From Geosiphon pyriformis uo1 (Eukaryota; Fungi; Glomeromycota), in assembly GCA_016748015.1 (NCBI GenBank), contig JAAOMT010000671.1, positions 62,001 through 126,000 on the forward strand: a DNA stretch of 64,000 nucleotides, written 5' to 3'. Made by a program: the position numbers and the translations under genes. Position 1 is the stretch's first letter, and each line of letters starts with the position of its first letter. The notes below the pieces were generated by a model, which was not told the origin of the DNA, made no database searches, and was given only the letters and a program-made list of their open reading frames with translations. Of this stretch, positions 26,524 to 37,750 are shown one piece after another.

Positions 26524-27310
26524 TGTTATGGTTTAAGAATTTAGCAAAAAAAATCATAAAAATAATACAAACTATTCAATCATAATATAGCACAGTAATA
26601 ATCTTAGAAAGGTAATGATTAACATAGTAGCAAACACCATCTCGTGATAGTGGCAAGCACCAGTTCACAATAGCAGCCAACACCAACTGGTGATAGCAGC
26701 AAGCACCAGGTTGAAATATCAAAAAGAAAGTATTTTCTCGTAGAACTACAAACATGTATATATACAGTAGNNNNNNNNNNNNNNNNNNNNNNNNNNNNNN
26801 NNNNNNNNNNNNNNNNNNNNNNNNNNNNNNNNNNNNNNNNNNNNNNNNNNNNNNNNNNNNNNNNNNNNNNNNNNNNNNNNNNNNNNNNNNNNNNNNNNNN
26901 NNNNNNNNNNNNNNNNNNNNNNNNNNNNNNNNNNNNNNNNNNNNNNNNNNNNNNNNNNNNNNNNNNNNNNNNNNNNNNNNNNNNNNNNNNNNNNNNNNNN
27001 NNNNNNNNNNNNNNNNNNNNNNNNNNNNNNNNNNNNNNNNNNNNNNNNNNNNNNNNNNNNNNNNNNNNNNNNNNNNNNNNNNNNNNNNNNNNNNNNNNNN
27101 NNNNNNNNNNNNNNNNNNNNNNNNNNNNNNNNNNNNNNNNNNNNNNNNNNNNNNNNNNNNNNNNNNNNTTACATCGCAACAGTAAAAAGAAAGCCTTCAG
27201 TGTAACAGTGACATTATCACACAAATAGAATTGAGGAACTCACGAAAGACTGATTGCAATTAAAGCGGGATATCAGCAATTAAATATAACAAGAAAACCA
27301 TCCCGTAACA
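26524..27310 (+). repeat. 3' LTR of element B (partly N gap)
   Basis: First ~245 bp differ from 21838 onward at about three positions, all transitions. Confidence 0.92.
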
Positions 27311-27314
27311 CCAG

Positions 27315-27962
27315 TAATCTGGCAGTAATGCCCTTCTGATAAGCTAGCCATTAATATATAATTCTTATACCCTTTCTTTGGGGTCTTTTACCAGGCTATC
27401 CTTGATGTTAATAACTCAGCACTTAATCTTCAATCAATTAGTAACTCCAAAAGAAATAACAAAATAAAATAAAAGAAAAATAAAAGAAAATAAAAAAACA
27501 ATTAAAAGCAATTACAAATTAGTATTCTATTAATAGCCATGATCAAGAGCTATTGTTCTAGTGTGGTTAAGTATTACTTGCTATCAACATGTAGTGTTGA
27601 TAGTAAAGAGTGAATTAAGATAACAAATAGTTATTTATTGATATAAAAGGTTGTATTAGAACAAATTTAAACTGGGAGGTCTGTCTTTTTTACTTCTAAT
27701 ACTATTGCTATATATACATAATTGAGATTTCTCAATTCCTCAATTCTTCACACCAGGAATCTTGGAATTCCTAAAATCCTGTAATTCTTTTTGAAAGAAA
27801 TTTTGAAATTCTGGAATCCTGCGATTCCTTGTACAAAAATTCTGAAATTTTTGGAATCCTGCAATTCCTCTTAAGAAAAATCCTGGAATTCTACATTTAC
27901 TATGGCTACTTCTAATTGGCTAATTTATATCCTAATTTATTTTTTATATTCTATAAGTAACA
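27315..27962 (-). repeat. 5' LTR of A1, U3/R-side fragment
   Basis: Aligns to ~12579-13228; ends GTAACA. Confidence 0.93.
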
Positions 27963-27966
27963 ATAT

Positions 27967-28479
27967 GCTAAATAATGCTATGAAGATTTTATCTAAGATC
28001 TTATTAGAAACCACAAATGGATTTGGTGTAACAATAGCAGAGGCAAGTGACTGCTCCCACTTTTCTAAACTTTTGGTCTTTTTGACTATTTTTTTTGAAA
28101 AGATAGTGCTAGTAGCACCAGATGTAGAAGCTATAGAAGGGAAGACCAGTTTGTTAACTGGTCTATTATTAAACACTTTTGGACTTTTAGTAGAGGTAAA
28201 GGCAATACTGGGACTAATCCAAATGTGTCTCTTTAAGGGAACTTTGACTGGTAAGAAACCAGCCAAAAATGAGAAAGTTGTTTTAGTGATCACCAAAGAC
28301 AGCTTATCACAATTACTGAGTAAAAAAAAGACTTCTAAAACGTTTTGCCTAGTTGCTTCTACAACAGAGAGAGCTTTTCTGGTTGAAATTTTATTAGATA
28401 TCTTAAGACAAATATCAAGTGCAGCCTTTTTACTCTTTGTTCTGATCGTGGTTATAAAATTAAGAAGACAAAGAGTTTT
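27967..28479 (-). mobile_element. ORF1-only non-LTR element, 5' part
   Basis: Removing A1 and one TSD copy joins the frame (...IALFS MSSKIGLDQ...); likely start codon (ATG>ATA) near 28455; right TSD tttattatagtttttt at 28480-28495. Confidence 0.82.
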
Positions 28480-28495
28480 TTTATTATAGTTTTTT

Positions 28496-30700
28496 ACTAT
28501 AGTCTAATAAGTTGTAATTAATAAACATAATTTGATTATATTTAAACAAAATTAAAACAATCTTTTTTAAAACATATTTATAAGAATTTTTAATAATTAC
28601 AGCATAATTTAAACAAATATTCTGTTTTTTAAGATTGTTATTAAGTTAGATCTTGTTTTTACTAATCAATAAAACTAATCTTATACTATTTTTTAAAGTA
28701 AATATAAATTAAATAATTTTTCAAATTTTAAAAAGATAATAGCTCTTTTAAAATCATTAATTTTTTTTTAATAATCTGTATTTAGTTATGATTAATTTGC
28801 TTTTAATTGTTAAAAAATTAATATTTAAAACAAAATTTTTTTTAATAATCACTTTAACTAAAATCTTTACAATCTTAAAATCAATTTATTTTTGACTAAA
28901 AATATCTTGATTAAAAAAAAAACATGCTTTTATTATTAGTGTCAAATTTACAAAAGCTAAAAAAAAAACTACTGTTTTATTAATATTAAACTATTTTGTT
29001 TTGAAAATATTAATATAAAAATCCAAAAGCTTTTTCTTTTATTGTTAATATTATAATTAATATCTTAAGCTGCTAAGTTTTTTTCTGTATTATTAGAAGT
29101 TGTTATATATTATTAAATTGACTTATATTATATAAGAGTATTTTGAACTTTAAATTTGTTTTATTATTTAAGTATTTTATTTTATTAATAATCATTTTAA
29201 GTTTTTGTACCAAATTATTATTAATAAAACCTAAAATAATGTTTTTAGCTAACTTTTTTTTAAACATAATACTATTAATAGTAATTGTCAAAGCAATAAC
29301 AAAAAGATTTATTCTTGTAAAATTATAAAATAAAATAATAAAAAAAACAAAATAAAAACTTTTTTTCAAAATTGGTTTTTTGGAAAATTTTGAATAAATA
29401 GAAAAAAAAGTTATTTAATATTTATAAATATTTATATTAGAAGCTTTAACAATATTAAATATAAAAAAAAAGTAATTTTTGATTTAATATATAAATAAAA
29501 TAATAATATAACAAGAATTTGCTTAATTTTTTGTCAATTAAAACTGTTTGTTAAATCACAAAACCAATATTAAAACACAAATAATTTATTTAGCTGTTTA
29601 ATATTTAAAACTATTTGTTAACTTATTATTAATTCTATTAAGATATAAAAAATTTGTTCAGTTATCTAATATTTAAGATTATTTATCAATTTAATAGGAT
29701 AAAAAATTAGACATATTAGATAAAAGTATTTTTAATTATTTAATTTTTTATTCTAAAATTTTCAATTTAATTAACAATTGGCAAAAATATAATAAATAAA
29801 GCCAAAATTAACCAAAATTTTAATTTAATATAATAATCTAATATTTATTAATAGTATAATAGCTATAATAATTAGTAAACTAAATAAAAAGTATAAAATT
29901 ATAAAATACACAAAAGTAATAACAATAATAAAAAAGCTGTAATTAAAAGATTAATTAATAATATAAGTATTAACTATATATTTATATTAAATATTATTAA
30001 ATTATATTCTGATATTTACTTTATATAAAGACAAAAAACTCTTTATAAATAATAAAAATGTTTTATTTTACTGTTTATTGACAATATTAAAAAACAGTCT
30101 TTTTATTTCATTAATTTTATATTTATATTTATTATTATTTTTAGTTGATTTTATAATCTAATTGTCTTTGTAACCAATTTTACATTTTTTTCTTATTTAT
30201 TTATGCTTATTATTTTGTGATATATTTGCCATATTAATACTTTTATTCTTTAATTATTATTGATATAAAGTTCAGTTAAATTTATTTAAGTAATTAAACA
30301 AGTTTCAAAGAAAATAGTTATCTAACAAATAATATTATCACTATATTTTCAAAACATTAATTAATAACAGCATTCAAAATGTAACAATTAAACTAATTTT
30401 CCAAATTGGTATTATCAAGTTTGCTGCTCTTAATTTTTTTTACTTTGTGAAAGTAATTTTTAATTATTTACAACTTTAATAGCCTATTTAATAGCAACAA
30501 ATCTATCAATAAATCAACACTTACAAAACATATAATGAAAAGAATATAATTGTTATTATGGTGCTTTTTAATATCATATTCTTTTCTGAAAGATGTTTTT
30601 TTAATTATTTCTCAAATAATTTTCAGATTGGTCTGCATGGCAAAAAACACAATCTGATAATTCTATTATTATTTTTCTTGTAAACTTGTTAAAAATCCAC
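28496..30700. other. Heavily AT-eroded sequence, probably old TE or gene relics
   Basis: Very low GC, CpG nearly absent, no credible ORF; identity unresolved. Confidence 0.45.
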
Positions 30701-31267
30701 TATTCATTTTGCCTGATTTACACTCCATCTCCCAACCCTTAGCAAGTTGTCAGTCAGGTCGAGAATCCTAGAAAAAAAGATACAAGAAATTAGAAATATT
30801 TCTTAGCTAGCATATCTCTGGTACATATCGAATATCCGATTTCCCATCCTACAGATCAGTGAGAAACCTTCAACACCAGGTAACTGAAAAAGTTACTTAT
30901 TCCCCAGTGGGACCAGTGATAGATCAGCAAGAAATCTTGAACATCAGACAACCGAGAAGTCAAACACTGCTTTTGTGGCTCAGTGGAAAATCTTGAATGA
31001 CAAAGAACCAAAAAAGTCCCCGTCACGCACTAATTTCTAACCAAAAGATTTTACTTGCCTTTTTATAGTTATCAAGTAGCAGACCTCCTTTTTTTTGCCT
31101 TGTTCACAGTTAGCAATAATTTCGAGGCATTTAGTATAACACTCTATCTTGAGGTCAAATTGTTATATACCACATTCATTTAGGAAGTCCAAAATGGTCC
31201 ATTCCGCGGACTTGCGTTCAAAGTACTTGTGTGTTTTGTTTTAAATGCGTGTGTGCGAAACATACCT

Positions 31268-31714
31268 GGGGCCCACCCAAGTATCAGTCCGATGCAATTT
31301 TGTAACCATAGTTTTGCTCATAATACCCATCTTCCCTTAAGCCAGGGCAAAGAGGGGAAATCACTCCAGCTAAGGTAATTGTAATTGATAAGATTCGTTC
31401 TCAAATTATGTCCTTCATTTCTAAATTGAAGACAACTTTTTTATCAAACTGTATAGACCACATGTCCCAATTGTAGAAAACCTCTTCCGCGATGTTCTAT
31501 ATGTTTATTAAATCTTGGCACGCCGATTGATCCATTGAGAGGATAGATTCCTTATAACCAAGATGGCCATGCGCCCTCATCCACCAAAGACGGTATACAT
31601 GATTAACTAAATTTTCATGGTGGCCACGCGATTCACAGTTTACAATGGTTCCAGAAACGTAAATATTGTTCGTGTCAATGTGAAAAAGGTCATATAGGAA
31701 AGATTTTAAGATAG
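31268..31714 (+). pseudogene. SEA4: SEA4/MIOS (GATOR2/SEACAT subunit) C-terminal Zn-finger/RING fragment, pseudogene
   Basis: PTQVSVRCNF/CNHS (1-bp frameshift), GT-AG intron ~31375-31456, TTCPNCRKPLPRCSICLLNLGTP, in-frame TAG, HGGHAIHSLQWF..C.C.C with a short deletion; matches the MIOS/Sea4 C-terminal signature. Confidence 0.8.
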
Positions 31715-32544
31715 AATTATTCAGTGTTAGCTTATTATTTTTTATTTCAGTCGTTTCTATTTGATCTGTTTGCAAATACATATATATATATATAGAAAAA
31801 AACCAAGTGTGATGCCTCCAATGGTTTGAATGGCAATAATCTATTGCTAGTAAAGATAGCACCAAATTTAAGCCAAACTTTTTTTTCATTACTGGAAACC
31901 ATATTAAAGCGAAAAAACCATTGTGGTTCGTCGTACAGAAACCGGATCAACAACGTGAATAACGGCCATGTAAAAGTTCTCGCGATTTTCAGAATTGCGG
32001 CCTAAGTGTTCAAGAGTAGTATACGCCACAATATGTGCCGATCATTTTTGGTATTGAAACTCCCAAGCATTTTCAAAAATGCCTCACGCTTCTTCCTCAA
32101 CCGAAAATGTGAAACCAAACAGCAAGAAAGTTATAATAAATTCTGGAAATTGTTTTTATGAATCGCGGAAAATCAAAAGCGTCGGGACATCAATAACGGT
32201 CAAATCCAGTTTACCGATCCCGCGAAAAATTCCTCACTACTAAAAAGGAATCTTTTTTTGAAGTTTTAATCAGAAAGCAAAAATTTGAGCCCCGGTTAAT
32301 TGCTATTAAAATATTTTGCCAAAAGTAACAGTAGTTAGCGAAAAAAGACTAGAAAGAAAAGAGAGTGCGTTGTGCTGCTGATGTTGCTGCTCTTGAGGTC
32401 GTTGAAATTAGATTGGGACACTTCTATTTTGATTCGTTTGCATAAATAAAAGCTGCAAAGAACTTCATCGACCTTTTAGAAGCCAATGTTGATGGTAAGG
32501 GTAAGCAACAGTAATAACACCTAGTGAGCTGATAGAGCCTGTTT

Positions 32545-34049
32545 TCAATAATATGGTCGACGAGGATTGTTCTAGGAAGGGCAAAACGTTAGTAGTGCAC
32601 CACCAGCAAGCAAAAAAAAGCCCGTCCGCAAATAATATGGAGCCAATATTCAATATCGTGGTGGAAAATTGCTTTTCAAATGATTTAAAAGAATCTTCTA
32701 ATCTAAGCAAGATAGCAAATGCAACAAAAAAAGGGCAAAGCATTGCACGTACCAGAGGGTTTGGTCTAAACCTGTAAGCGAGCATCATCCTCTTTCGATA
32801 AATTTCAAACTCGTCATCATCTTCTTCTACACCATCAGGCTTAGTCTGACCTAAGCCAGCGTTTGTTGGCCTCGAGTCCGCTCTGAATTCGTCAAAATAA
32901 AGATTGAATTCATTTAATTGAGGATCAACGGAAAAATTAAAAATTAAAATTCCTACTTGTTTATTGGCGCTGCGATTCCATCACCAGATTTTCCTAATCC
33001 AGAACCAGCCTGCCATCCTTGTTTCATCAACATCTTAAATCCAATATTAGACTGGTCCAGTTTATTACTGGCATAATCTTCATAATCTGGAGAAGCGTCT
33101 CCAGTTTTAACAGCTTTAACTTTGGACTCAAATTTATGTAACTCTTCCTTAGGCAAAAAGTCAGCAATGTGGTGTGCACGCTTAGCCTCAGCCTGCGCCG
33201 TCAGCAATGCAGCTTGGTCTAATTAAGATTTGTGCATAGTCCCAACGTGTTCCACTATTCAATATATCAGTGAGGGAAGAGATGTGGAAATCAAATAAAA
33301 TAGAATCGCTCACCGGCAGTCCGTTTCATTTCCTCTGCACGTTTTTTATGCTCCCAGGTTCCTCCGTCAGTTATTTCATCTTCTGGATACACCCATTTGG
33401 AACCAACACGAACCATACCAGGTTTATAAGTATCGGAAAATTTAATAAACTGACGTTTGTCTGCAGTGTATACTTGCGGTGATGCAGATCGAACTGAGGT
33501 CGCTGGGGTTGATAATGAGCGTATTGAAGACGCTGGTGATGAGGCAGAAGACGAAGACAAAGATGCAAAGCTTGCAGCTCCTATAGAAACTCCAAGCGTT
33601 GAAGACGTTTGGACCAGCGGTGTAGAAGTTAGAGGTGTCTTTGATGAAGTGCCTGCCTGGTCCCACCGACTCCGTTTTCGCTTTTTTTTATCCCCTTCGG
33701 ACGAATCATTTGATATAATACTTGGTTGTGATAAGGCTTTTGACCCAACCAATGGTTGTGAAACAGCGGTGCTTCCCAAAGCACCGGGGTTGTCTGAAAT
33801 ATGAGCCTCTGAATTTTGAAAATTTGATACTTCTAAATTTTGAACAATATCCTCGTATGAGTCTGTTCCAAGTTGAACAGGCTGAGGTGGTCTCACTACT
33901 GAAAAATTGATTTTCGGATTGCTTATCAAATTTCCCGCAACTTTTGCTTCAGTTTTCTTGTTATTTTCGTTCTTTTCAGAGGTAGTAACACTGTAAGAAT
34001 TAGATGCCACCTGGGAAATTCTGTCGTCTGAAGTAGTGTCAGTGCTCAT
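32545..34049 (-). CDS. SUGP1: SUGP1/SF4-like G-patch splicing factor (4 exons)
   Basis: ULM-like [30 protein letters not shown]-patch [21 protein letters not shown]-terminus [24 protein letters not shown]; GT-AG introns. Confidence 0.93.
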
Positions 34050-34234
34050 CTTGTAACCCGTTACTTCCTCATGCCAGGGTTTCCAGAAGTCTCCTGTTCA
34101 ACAAATTCCAGTTTCTTCAACGTTTGCTGATCTTATATATATAGATTTTATATTAATCTTGTAGATTCCTAATACTTAATCAGATATTAGCATAAATAAC
34201 ATGAGGCATGCTGCAACAAAACCAGAAAGTAAAC

Positions 34235-34248
34235 TTGTGACGTCACAA
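34235..34248. promoter_or_regulatory. Palindrome TTGTGACGTCACAA containing a CRE/ATF site, ~190 bp upstream of SUGP1
   Basis: Perfect 14-bp palindrome with TGACGTCA core; function untested. Confidence 0.35.
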
Positions 34249-35312
34249 AATCTTGCGTTTCAATCTTTCCCAACCCTGTCTCCTGTCACCTTTCGCGTCG
34301 TCGTTCATCATGCCTGTCTGTGAGTACCTGCGTGTCCTGTAAGATTTACTCTTTTTATTCGTGTGCTCGCTGTACTCAAACTTTGAACATGTGGGCCGTT
34401 ATATGTAGATCCTTCTGCCGGCCGGAGCGCTTTCCTTTAAGCTCCCATTTGAGATTTTGCGACCTTTTTACGTCTTTAACGATTGCGATGGCCTTGCCTT
34501 TATTGGTCCGTTTTCCTTTCCCTTTTTTATCTGTTGCCGGCCTGTTTTCATGATTTCTTTTTTTCAAAAAAAACCTTCTGCCGAACGTTTGGGTGCATAG
34601 AGTAGATATGACATCGGTTGATGGACAATGTGATTTTATTTGTTTCATTTGATACACATTTATCCACTGGATATCCGAGCGTACTGGAAACATGACCCAA
34701 TTAACTAGAGATGCGTCACAAAATTCCCAGAAGCTACGAAATACCAATCTCATAATTTACTTGGAGATGAACTGAAGATTCATGATAATTTACTAAGACA
34801 GTTAACATGAGGTCCCTATTTAAGATTAATTTCTTTTATTCGGTTGCAATCTCAAACCTTCCTGGCATCATCAACTCATCCACCCTGCGACTGCTGGTCG
34901 AGCAATTTTGTCGTACAAGGCAATCTGATGGGAGAGAACGTCTTAGTGGTGCCCATGATTCGGGCAATTGACACCCCACTACAATGCTCTATTTGATAAT
35001 CGTACGAAGCAGGTAGTCTGATGAAGGATCTGGAACTGTGGATTCTTCACAATGATATATGTAAAAGATGAATTCAAAGATATCACTTGTAAAAAACCAA
35101 CACATGGTGACTAAATGAACCAGCCAACCTCGGTATTACATCATGTTCATTTTTAAAGGTTTTCAGCCAGTGAATATCTCATTTATAAAAATTTCTTATT
35201 AGAGTCTGAAATTAAAATAACTCATCCAGAAGCTCATGATTGCAACCTTTCAAGAGAGTATTCTAATAATTTGTAAGGCACATGCCAATTCATATTTTAT
35301 GAAAATTTGTAC

Positions 35313-37262
35313 TCAAGCTTGAAATACAAGACAGACATTATCGTCACCCCCCGAAACAGTGGTTTGGCCATCACTAAAATCATCAAAAACCCGTAAAATC
35401 AATCAACTTTTTTGATACGAATCGAAAGAGAAGAAAATTACCCTGTAATTGCAAAATCCAAAATGGAGTCCTGATGTCCATAATATGATCTTTCGCAAGC
35501 TCCAGTTCTTGCGTCCCATACACGAATAGTACGGTCACCCGAGCATGTGGTAATAAGAGGTGTGGTAGCATGCCATTTTAATTTTATTATTGCATCATTG
35601 TGATTACATGTTTGGCGTAATCGCATTGTGGTCACATCCCAAATATTGAGTGAGTTATCTACCGAACCCGTTGCTGCCAAGGGAAGTCTTTTGGCGCGTC
35701 CAAATTTGAAGAATTAGATTTAGAAATAAAAGTCCATAATTATTAAAAAGGAGTTTACGTACAAGTTGGAAAATCCCACAGTCTCTACTGATTCTGTGTG
35801 ATTTTCGAACGATCCAAGAATCTGCAGTGTTTCAGTTACATTATCATTTAAAATCATAAAAGTGTGATCTTAAATTAACACGGTAAGCTTAGAAACTACT
35901 CACTGTTCCATTGTTAATATTGATTAATCGAGCAGAGTTATCGGTTGATCCGGTAATTACCAATGAACTATCCTGATTGATTGCGAGTGAGGTTATCCCT
36001 CCGCTGTGAAATCGCGCGTCATCCCCTAATGTTATTCGAAAATGATTTCCTTTTTTAATTATATGCAACGAAACAATTGATTATTAAATTAACTGTAATA
36101 CCAGATATTCTTATTAATGCCCCTGCAGTTTTGGGGTCCCATACAATTAAAGATGAATCATTGGATCCCGTCACGATTTTTTTGCCATCAGGTGTAAATT
36201 GACCAGCTGTTACTGAAGCAGAGTGTCCGGCAAACACATTCATAACATTTCCCTTAGGAACTTTTTATAAAGATAAAAGGGCACATTAAATGTGAAATTC
36301 GATTTTTTTTTACTTTTAAATCGACATACTTTGCCACATCCAGATTGTAGAATCATTTGATCCAGCTATGAGAAGGTTTCCTTTAGGATGCCAGTTCAGC
36401 CACTTTAAGGGAAATTTACAATTCAAATTTCTAGATCTTGAGAGATTGAAGACATGAAGACAGAATTACTTACCATTACTTCATCCGGACCTTCTAATGA
36501 TTTGATCAATTCTCCAGTATCAACTTTCCAGACGCGTACTTGACCATCCATTCCACCACTGGCAACATAACGTCCATCATTGCTAAACAAAACAGATGTT
36601 ACCGAGTCAGTGTGTCCTATTTTTGAATTTAAAAATAAAATAAAAATAAAATACAAATGTAACGATGTAGAAATTGTATAAAATAATACCAGATAAGGTA
36701 TATAATTGTTCGCCGGTATCAGCTCGCCATAAATAACTTTTATCATCTCCACCACCAGATGCAATGAGATGTTGATCGATCGGATGAATATCGAGAGAAT
36801 ATACGGAATCTAGTTCAAGAACGAAAATCTTTTGTTATTTAGAAAAAATTAAACTTCCCAATTTCCCAATATGTTTACTTTGGTGGGCAAAAAATCCTTG
36901 AATCGAATCATCAATCAATTCTACTATATTTTGTTCTTCCCCTTGCTCCCTTTCATCATCATTTTCTGAGACTTTAATTGAAAATTTCCATTTAGATTCG
37001 CTTCTGTAAATGGGCAAAAAAAAATTGCTATATCAACCGTTAACAGGATCTTCATCTTCCTCGTCGTCCATTGGGATCGAAGCATTAGAATCCTGGCTGT
37101 CAAAGATTAGCTGTTCCTCTGAAATTTCATCTTGTTCAAGAAATTCAGCTTCTTCAGCTTTATTGTAAATATCCTTCGAAAAAATTGATCACAAATTTTA
37201 AAAAATCAACTCAAATATTATCCCGCAATTTAGAGCAAAAATCCCTTTACATGATGCGACAT
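35313..37262 (-). CDS. SQT1: SQT1/AAMP WD40 ribosome-assembly chaperone for uL16 (multi-exon)
   Basis: Acidic N-terminus, DDSIQGFFAH, ASGGGDD, GHTDSV..ASGGMDGQVRVW, WLNWHPKGN, VFAGHSASVTAGQFTPDGK, ends CLVFQA*. Confidence 0.9.
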
Positions 37263-37750
37263 TTTGACGAATTGATGTAACACTTATTTCCAAGAAATTC
37301 TGAAATCACATATAATGGCCCAACGTTATAATTTCGCTTTCCTGAAGTTAGGATTTTCAGTGGCTAATTTATAAGCAAATCCTCCTTGTGATTTATAATC
37401 TATGAAAGCTCTATTGCTTACATCATCACGTTCCAAAATGATGTGATTGAGTTTATAATTCAAGTGATCATTGACTATATTGACAGCAGACTCGAACATC
37501 CGTCTTTCCCTTCGAAAAACCGGCCAATATTTTATTGGATAGTTCAGAGTTACGAAAAAAAAACCAGATCTCTTCGACGGGAAATTTAAATTTTTCATAA
37601 TTGTCATTTCCATATTCAATCGTGCAGCGAAAAATGATAAAATAACCTTGGAGATAGGATTGGTGACAAAACAGTTATCAGGGGAATAATAAAATTACAG
37701 ATAATATTTTTTGCCCATAATTATGGTAAGAGGTAATATGTTAGAATCTT

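Larger units (their letters stand above)
21838..27310 (+). mobile_element. Nested, younger LTR element B (gag - Zn domain - dUTPase; RT/RH/IN absent)
   Basis: LTRs begin TGTTATGG at 21838 and 26524, end GTAACA at 27310; TSD CCGG (21834-21837)/CCAG (27311-27314); PPT ~26509-26523; CpGs largely retained; contains N gaps. Confidence 0.9.
12359..27962 (-). mobile_element. Full-length degenerate Ty3/Gypsy LTR retrotransposon (family A, copy A1) containing nested element B
   Basis: Paired LTRs TGTTA...GTAACA, 4-bp TSD ACAT (12355-12358)/ATAT (27963-27966), PBS, PPT, gag-PR-dUTPase-RT-RH-IN order. Confidence 0.95.

Noticed and set aside
37326-37619. 97-aa ORF between SQT1 and FIP1
   Set aside because: No recognisable motif; it overlaps the expected FIP1 3' UTR and SQT1 promoter.
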